Shown here one piece after another: positions 55,815 through 64,000 of a stretch of 64,000 nt of DNA (positions are counted from its first letter, which is position 1; each line of letters starts with the position of its first letter). This stretch comes from Eledone cirrhosa (taxonomy: Eukaryota). Below the pieces are notes generated by a model. The model saw only the letters and a list, made by a program, of their open reading frames with translations. It did no database searches and was not told where the DNA came from. The DNA is taken from the NCBI GenBank assembly GCA_964016885.1, contig OZ024744.1, forward strand, positions 111,476,001 through 111,540,000, written 5' to 3'. The position numbers were made by a program, and so were the translations under genes.

Positions 55815-56070
55815 AATGGAATATCACCAGATTTCTTGATCTTGGGTCATCCCCGTTGTGAGGTTCAGCTGTATGAGGCCGGCCTTCACCACAACATCCC
55901 AGGTTTTCATCTTCCATAGGTTCCATCAACTTCAAGGGCTCTGTATTTCTTTCTACAGCGATCATCCTTCATAGACATCACATGTCCATACCACCACAGT
56001 TTCCTCACCAGCACACCATACCTGACTCTCTTATGTCCAGTTTCTCAGTTCATTAATACTTCATCACTCA
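55815..56070 (-). mobile_element. RTE LINE 3' fragment
   Basis: Broken translation RKLWWYGHVMSMKDDRCRKK..LEVDGTYGR../KTWDVVVKA..LNLTTGMTQDQEIW. Confidence 0.75.
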
Positions 56071-56223
56071 TGTATACTACTATTACACATCTATAGTAAG
56101 GATGAGAAGTTAAATGTTACCCATATCTTTTTATAATTGCAAGTTAAAATCTTCTAAGGATCTTGTTTTTTTTACAAACGATATGAGAGAAATACCTTAG
56201 TCGATGAGTTGGTAGCTTCTCAT

Positions 56224-56507
56224 TGGTAGTTACATGCTTCTGACTTCCAGGATATAAATAAATATCCCTTTAACGCTCAATCCTCTATAAATATAATTTT
56301 TATTGTCGACAGGAATATAGTAGGAGTCATTCTGTTATAATTCCTCACACTTCCGTAGTCATCTCCTTGTCTCCTCTGTACTCTGTGTGTTTGTCACCAG
56401 AGAGAGAGAGAGTGACCATGTATTCATACGCGATTTACCATTGGCCAATTTAACCTTATTGCATATGAAAATGTTGCTATTGCGAGGTACGACGTCATTC
56501 CACTACA
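56224..56507 (-). mobile_element. Putative 3' LTR of the Gypsy element
   Basis: Minus strand: purine tract AGCAGAGGGTGA, then TGTAGT...ACTACCA; contains CCAAT and AATAAA; lies downstream of the integrase. Confidence 0.6.
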
Positions 56508-56829
56508 TCACCCTCTGCTTAGACTGGAAAGCAGTCGATAAAAATGAGGAGAAATTGTCTGCAAAGGTAACATAAGTCATGCAAAGCAAACACAAAAATG
56601 AAGAAAAAAGAGGGAAAAAAAAGAATAGTTCATATGTAAATTGTTTTACAAAGTTTCTTGGGCCAATGGACCTGATGACCACTGCGAGTTGTTGTGATGT
56701 ATGTTGAAGGTAAAGGAGTGTTTGTATGTGATTGTGGTGTTTGCAGTGGTGCTTGCAGTGGTGTTTGTATTGACACATTGTAGGAGGGGGAGAGTATGAT
56801 GTTCTGGTGTGAGAGCATCTGTGTAGGCC

Positions 56830-58920
56830 CGCTTTAGTCTGTCAATAGAGACTGTGTCTTTATGTCCATTAAAGTCAATGGTGAAATGTTTGTACGTGCA
56901 AGTACGCGATAGGGTTCAGAATAAGGTGGAGTGAGAGGACTTCTCACTGCGTCATTTCTGACAAAAACATGGGTCCTCGAGGCAATGTCTCTCGGAACCG
57001 AAGATTTAATGGTTTGTTGCCTAGTGTTCATAGGGGGCAGGACTTGAAAATACGAACGCAAACGGGTCACATATAGTGTAGGGTCCTGAGTAGAAAGGTC
57101 AACTGGAGCAAGCATCTGCCCTGGCCAAGATAAAGTAGTGCCGTACAAAATCTCGGCTGGAGAGAATCCAAGGTCCTCTTTCATTGAAGTGCGGATACCG
57201 AGTAATACTATGGGGAGGTAGTCGCTCCAATGTAGAGTACCCGGATAGGCACGCAATGCGGCCTTTAACTGGCGATGAAAACGCTCTACCATTCCATTAG
57301 ATGCAGGGTGGTAACTGGTAGTCCTGATGCGTTGAGCGCCGATGATATTTGATAGATCCCTGAAAAGTTGGGATTCAAACTGCCTACCACGATCTGTAGT
57401 AATAGTGGTAGGAACCCCATAGCGCGATATCCATCCTGAAACCAGGGCTCGCGCTATAGATTCAGCAGTTGTGTCACTAAGAGGGATGGCTTAAGGCCAT
57501 CGGGTGAAACGGTCAGGCAGAACAAGGTCCCACGATATCAATGTGTATGTAGCAAAAACATGCGTTAGGTGTGCTAAATGTGCCGAGAGGTGCGCGAATA
57601 TGTTTATGCACCTTCGACTTCTGACAAGATAAACAGGAACGTGACCAAGCAGTGATATCACGTCTCATATTCGACCAGAAGAATCTAGCTGAAATGAGTT
57701 TCACTGTGGCGGAAATTCCAGGGTGTGCCAAACTATGTAGAGAATCGAAAACTATTCGACGATGAGTCTCTGGTACCAGAGGGCGAGGTGAATCTGTTGC
57801 AGTATCACACAGAATCTGAGAGTCCGAAATGGGTATAGGCAGGTATTTGAATTTGCAGGTTGCTAATTCCGGTGAAGAGAGATCCAACGACTCTAGTGTG
57901 GGCTGTTCTGCAGCCATAAGATGCAAGTCGATATTCGCAGGTGCTGACATGGCATTGATGGGCAGGCGAGATAAGGCATCCGCCGCTGCATTTTGTTCCC
58001 CAGGTATATGACGAATGTCATTCGTAAACTGGGATATGAAGTCCAAGTGACGAGTTTCTCGAGGTGAGTATTTGTCCGGATTGGAACTAAGTGCGAACAT
58101 AAGTGGACGATGGTCAGTATAGATCGTAAACTGTCGGCCTTCCAGTGAATGCGGAAAGTGTTTGACAGCAAGAAAATGGCTAACAGTTCGCGGCCGAAGG
58201 TGCTATAGCGGGATTCAGCGGGCTTTAGCTGCTTTGAAAAGAAAGCAATAGGCTGAAGCTGTTGTTGGTGATGCTGTTGCAATACTACACCTACCGCTGT
58301 GCTTGATGCATCCACAACCAGTGAAAACTGGGCACCAGACACAGAGTGCGCAAGCAGAGATGCGTTTGCTAAATTCTATTTAGCTTTGGAGAATGCTTCG
58401 AGTTGCATGGGTCCCAATGCGATTGGCTCATTCTTCTTCTTTCTGTTACACAGAAGATCAGATAGTGGAGCTAAGAGTTCTGCGCAATGCGGGATAAACC
58501 GTCGATAATAATTTAGGAGGCCCAGGAACTGCCGCAGCTGTCGCAAGGAAGTAGGCGGAGAGAGTTCCTGAAGAGCCTTCACTTTTTCAGGAAGTGAGAA
58601 TATTCCTTCAGAGTTTATCACATGGCCTAAAAAGACAAGTGAAGCAACGCCGAAAATACACTTCGCAGGGTTAATACGAACTTGAAACCTCCTAAATCGT
58701 TCAAACAGTTGGCGGAGGTGCGAGATATGGTCCTCCGGTGAAGCACTCGCGATGAGAATATCGTCGATGTAACAATATACAAAATCTAGGTCACGGACGA
58801 CTTCTTCCATAAATCGCTGGAAGGTACTAGCAGCATTGCGTAGTCCAAAGGGCATTGTTAAAAACTCGAATGCACTGAAAGGTGTAGTGAGAGCAGTTTT
58901 AGGAATGTCCGCAGGATTCA
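56830..58920 (-). pseudogene. Gypsy/Ty3 pol remnant (RT-RNase H-integrase)
   Basis: KTALTTPF..MPFGLRNA..FQR, YIDDIL, DAS..AVG, RYSTFGRELLA, H..HPG..C..C, HIDIVGP, VERFHRQLK; frameshifts; 5' part missing. Confidence 0.93.
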
Positions 58921-59169
58921 CTAGCCCATTTTCCCGAAATTTCAAGGCATATTATGCACATAAAAAAATTCATTTTTTTGATCCCCTAGGTGAAAACCTG
59001 CATTTTTCCTGCTTCATCGAGGAAAATCTTAAAGATTATCCAGCCATCAGAGTATTCGGTTTATTTTCTTTACATATTGTCCAGGCATGCAGTTTTTCCA
59101 CGATTAGGTCTGTTAGCGGCCAGCGCTCCAAAATACCTTATCCCGTGCAACGCCGGATACCACTGCTAG
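58921..59169 (+). mobile_element. Helitron 3' end fragment
   Basis: CCCGTGCAACGCCGGA hairpin followed by CTAG|T. Confidence 0.7.
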
Positions 59170-60039
59170 TCTATATATATAAAACAGAGGATGTCTGTAT
59201 GTGTGTCTGTTTCCCTAAAACTCGAGAAGTACCCAACCGTTTTTTTTTTCAAACTTTACACATGTAACCCGTGTGGCCCCGGAAGTGTTTTGAGCAAAAA
59301 AAAATTTCAAATTATTCTGACCTAGGGATCGAATTAGTGAAGTGGCCAATGTCTGTACATAATGAGGGAGTGAGAGGGGAGAGAAAGAAACGGAGAGGCG
59401 AAGTGAAGAAGTGGCTCTCTACTCCTCCTCCTCCTTCTCCCCATTCGTCACAGCGTTTATCGATAGAGGGGAGAAATGTGAACGAGTTACAGAGAGAAAG
59501 AGTGAGAGTGAAAGAAACAGACAGACTAAAAGAGGGGGATAGCGGGAGAGAGAGAGAGAGAGAGTGACAGACGCCGCCAAAGATACATGACAGTGGAATA
59601 ACTATTGCGTGTGTATGTGTACGTGCGCGCGTGTGTGTGTGAGTTTGTGTGCGTTTGCATGCGTGAGTGTGTATGTGTGCGTGAGTGATTATAAACTCTC
59701 TCACATGGTCTGATGGAATTAACCCTTTAACATTTACATTACTCTATATATACTATATTATTTTCATGGTAACCCGCCGAGGTTAACTTTACCTTTCATC
59801 CTTCCGGGGTCGATAAAATAAAGTACCAGTAATGCACTGGGTAATTGCTGGCCTTGTGCCAAAAGTAGAAACAATTATTTTCATGGTAAAGGCTTTATCT
59901 CACATAATATAAAAATCTCATAGATTTAATATTATTTATTTTGAGAACAATACCTTAACCCTTTAGTATTAATGTGAGTGAGTTATAAAGAGAAAGAGTG
60001 AGAGTGAAATAAACAGACAGACTAAAAAAGGGGGATAGC

Positions 60040-60117
<78 letters not shown>

Positions 60118-60646
60118 GAGAGAGAGATGCTGGAAGAGGGGAAGGAAAGCTATATGTCTTGCTGTCTGCATTACGATACATATATACACACACACACTGA
60201 TCGCATCATAATGACGTAATGCAGACAGCAGACAGACAGATATTATAAGGGCGCAACGTTATATCTATGTATCTATCTAAAAAGAAAGACTAAGAATTAT
60301 AGAGAGAGATCGCTAAATCGACTAATACGGTCCCTAGGGCATTGAAAATTTGAAATATGTTTCGCTCAAAACACTCACAAGACCATAAGTATTACATGTG
60401 TAAAGTTTGAAAACAATCAGTTGGGTGGTTCTCAAGTTTTAGTGAGCTGACAGACAGACAGACATTCTCTATTTTAGATATATAGATATATATATAATTA
60501 TATATTCATGTACAGATATTTTTGCATACACAATAACAAAATATAAATAAACGTATTTATTTCACGAGGCTCAATAAGGATAAATATATATCAAATATAT
60601 AAGAACCCTAGAGCAAATCCCGAGTAACGCCGGGCCATTCTGCTAG
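59170..60646 (+). mobile_element. Non-autonomous Helitron (composite)
   Basis: Starts TCTATATATATAAAACAGAGGATGTCTG; ends CCCGAGTAACGCCGGG...CTAG|T; contains an inverted related 5' end at ~60310-60487. Confidence 0.7.
59773..59873 (+). mobile_element. 5'-truncated tRNA-SINE
   Basis: Core CCTTTCATCCTTCCGGGGTCGATAAA; TSD ATTATTTT(T)CATGGTAA. Confidence 0.85.
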
Positions 60647-60782
60647 TCTATATATATATATATATAGTAATAATAATAAAATAGAAGACTAAAATCCAAA
60701 GAGGGCTCGATAAGGAAAATATATATCAAATATATAAGAACCGTAGAGCAACGGTTGAGCACTCTACTGACTTATATTCATC

Positions 60783-62874
60783 ATGCAGAAACAACATCTG
60801 AATATTTCTACAAAGAACATACCCATACCAGGCAGGAAAACATACCTAAAACTCCTGATACAGAAAACAGACGCGTTCATTAAAAGGTTGCGTTGGCGTG
60901 CCTTTTATTTCGATAATCCGCGAAAAGCAGACAACAAACAGGATAAATTTGGATTTAAAACCTATAATAACCCTCCGTGGAACCCAGCATTGCTACCCTT
61001 CGAAAATGATGTCTTGGAACTCATTCGGAATATCAAATTTCGGAATAGGAGCAATTCCTTCCAGCAAGACCTGAAGAATAGAATTCGTTCTATTAAGGAT
61101 TCTAACGCCGTCCAACAAAACTGGCAACCTATATCAAGTGGAGCGCAGTACTTACCATCAACTACTACATAATGCTGTAACTAAGGATTACCGTAAAACT
61201 AATCGGTGCGTCATCAATGAAATCAACGATGCTGGGTTTAAAATCACATCTGATCGCAACATCCTGGACCGGACCGAACCTCTGGACCCTATCTCTCCCC
61301 ACTTTACCCTGAAGGATCACAAATCCAATTTTCCGAACAACCCCTCTATTCGGCTTATTAACCCTACGAAGTCCGATTTAGGTAGAATTAGTAAAACGAT
61401 TCTTGATAGAATTATACCTGAAATTAGAAATTTGGCCCCTCTCGCACTGTGGAACAATTCTTTCGCGGTGATTGATTGGTTCAACGGCATATGTAACAAG
61501 GAACATTGCCGTTTTATCCAATTCGACATCAACAATTACTACTCCTCCATCACTTTACCACTTCTCCTTAGAGCTATCAATTTCGCTAAAACACTCACAG
61601 TGGTTAAGGATTTTGAAGTTGATGTCATCCTTAATGCCCAAAAGTCGGTGATTAATTTCGACGACTCTATTTGGATTAAAAAATCCAATAGTACCCCATT
61701 CGACGTGAGTATGTGCGCCAGTGACTCTGCGGAAGTTACTGATCTTATTGGCCTTTTCCTTCTTTTCTCTATCAAGGACGAATTCCCCAACGCGGGCGGT
61801 GGTTTGTACCGTGACGATGGTCTTTTGACCATGACTAAGTGCGGACCTCGTGCTTGCGACAGGTTCAGAAAAGAACTCACAGCCTTCTTTAAAGGCTTCA
61901 ACCTCTCTATACAGGTTGAGGCCAATCTCTCGGTCGTTAATTACCTCGAAGTTACCCTCAATTTATTGAATGGGTTGTATTACCCGTATAGAAAGCCGAA
62001 TGATACGCTTAATTACATAAGTAAGCATTCCAACCATCCTGCCAGCAGAACCAAGAACCTGGTAAGAAACGTTTCGTTGAGGCTTTCCCGTCTTTCCACC
62101 AACGAGCGCATTTTCAACGACCATTCCACTTATTACAATGAAGCTCTTGCTCGAAATGGATTTGTCGATAAGGTAGCATATACAGAGTACGAAAATAGAC
62201 CTAGAAGAAATAGATCCTGTCGCATTTGTTGGTTTAACCCACCATATAATATGGAGGTGGCCACACCATTAGCTAAGATCTTTCTTTCCCTTATTACGAA
62301 GCATTTTCCTCCTACACATAAATATAGTAAAATTTTTAATAGAAATACTATTAAAATTTCTTACTCTACGACTCCTAACCTTGCACATAACATCACAGCT
62401 TCAAATTTAGCTAAACTACCTAGCCGTAGGAACACGTGCAACCCTTTAGTTAGTACTAACTGTAATTGTAGGAATCGGGCTGATTGCCCCCTATCCGGGA
62501 AATGCCTCTCTAGTAACATTGTCTACAAATGTAAGGTTGTAACACCCACGTCCCGTAGGGCCTACATAGGGTTAACCGCCAATAGTTTCAAGCAGCGTCT
62601 TTACATGCATACCCATTCTTTTCGTTACCCTCTAAGAAGGATTATGACGTCACTTTCAGCTTATATCTGGAGTCTAAAAGACAAGCACACCCAATATACG
62701 TTACACTGGGAGATCCTAGCTAGGGCTAGATCGTATAACGGAAATAAAAGACCATGTGACCTCTGCGCCGCTGAGGCCCTGGAAATACTCTACGCCACAG
62801 ACCACATCTTAAACAAAAAATCTGAGGCAATTTCGGCTTGTAAACATAAATTGCACAAAACTTTCCTGTATTAA
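60783..62874 (+). pseudogene. Near-intact PLE ORF (RT + GIY-YIG) with one frameshift near 61110
   Basis: KNIPIP..RLRWR; TLKDHK; RLINPTKSDLG; QFDINNYY; LYRDDGL; CNCR..CPLSGKC; IVYKC..AYIGLT..FKQR; CDLC..E..LNKKSE..CKH. Confidence 0.93.
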
Positions 62875-63828
62875 GCCCCACGTTATACCCTAAAGGATAG
62901 CACGATCTATACGTGGATATTTTACGTCTTGATGTGGGAGCTAAGTATATGTTTTGTTTATTCCTTTACTTATTTGCATAGGTAAGTATATATTACCCGT
63001 ATGTTTTGTGAAGGTATGTATACCTTCTCGTACGTATATTTGACTGTTATGGCGTATAATTTTTACATATTCTGGTATTTAGGGTTTGGCTATGTGTATA
63101 CGGGAGTTTTGCGTCTGCGTGAGTATGCAGGTTCGTATGTATGGTGGGTGTGTGTATATGTGTACTTCTTGTTTTAGTTGACTTACGTCTCCGAACATTC
63201 GTGTATTTATATGTAGGTATGCGTGTGCGCTTGTTATATACGTATTTATTTACTTATATACGTTTATATAATTATTTATTTATTTGTACACAAGCATACA
63301 CACACACACATATTTATATGTGTGTGGTTTTGTATACCTATGGTAAGGTTTTGCGTATGCTTGTGTATGTACGTATCTGTTTGCGTGTATGTATTTATTT
63401 GTTTCTATTACTTCTGTATTGTATTTATTTACTTTGTTCTTAACTCTGTAGCGGAGATTCATTTGGTCTCCTAGTTAGAATTTTAGTCTACGACTTCTGC
63501 TATACCATTTACGTGGTTTTGTCTTTGCGTGCTATTGTTCTCCACGCTCCACATATGACTTATTATCTTCGTTTTTTCGTTCATTGCCAGAGAACGTCTC
63601 TATGCACCACCTAAGAGAACATTAGTCTACGACCTCTTTTATACCATAAACGTGCTTCTGTCTTTGCGCGTAATTGTTTTTCACCGCTCCTATTAATAAC
63701 GTATTATTCGTTTTTTCCCGTTCTTTGCCAGCGAACGTAACCACGAACCAAAGTATCGTCTTCCTGTCTTCCTCCGGTTGCAACGTTTTTTGACATATCC
63801 AGTTCTGCGTTTACAGATTGACTTTGTT

Positions 63829-63879
63829 AGTTTCAGAAGATCCCGTTAAGGGTGAAAGCAGCGATTCTTTGCTTAAACT
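63829..63879 (+). ncRNA. Variant hammerhead ribozyme (CAGA core, family G)
   Basis: AGTTT-CAGAAGA-TCCC(GTTAA)GGGT-GAAAGCAG...TTGCT-T-AAACT; all three stems pair. Confidence 0.7.
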
Positions 63880-63895
63880 TTAATCTGTTATTTTA

Positions 63896-64000
<105 letters not shown>

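Noticed and set aside
55558-55965. 135-aa ORF that looks like a host exon
   Set aside because: An overlapping frame matches an RTE LINE C-terminus.

Overview
AT-rich, gene-free metazoan DNA, most likely cephalopod/Octopus (inferred from the tRNA-SINE and RTE types). It is almost entirely transposon debris nested in (TA)n/(CA)n/(CAC)n tracts. It holds at least six ORF-bearing Penelope-like elements (PLEs; RT + C-terminal GIY-YIG) and many PLE-derived non-coding pieces, Helitrons, a mariner remnant, a Gypsy pol + LTR, RTE LINE ends, three tRNA-SINEs, a 5'-truncated U6 copy and a 5.4-kb 15-bp minisatellite. Almost all listed ORFs are repeat artefacts. Reading by eye, I found 33 minimal type I hammerhead ribozyme motifs in about 8 sequence families, which I label A-H. 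In at least three unrelated families the ribozyme lies inside, or straddles the 5' splice site of, a canonical-looking spliceosomal intron. This suggests a splice-or-self-cleave switch in PLEs/retrozymes (inference, untested). Coordinates were counted by hand and may be off by a few bases.
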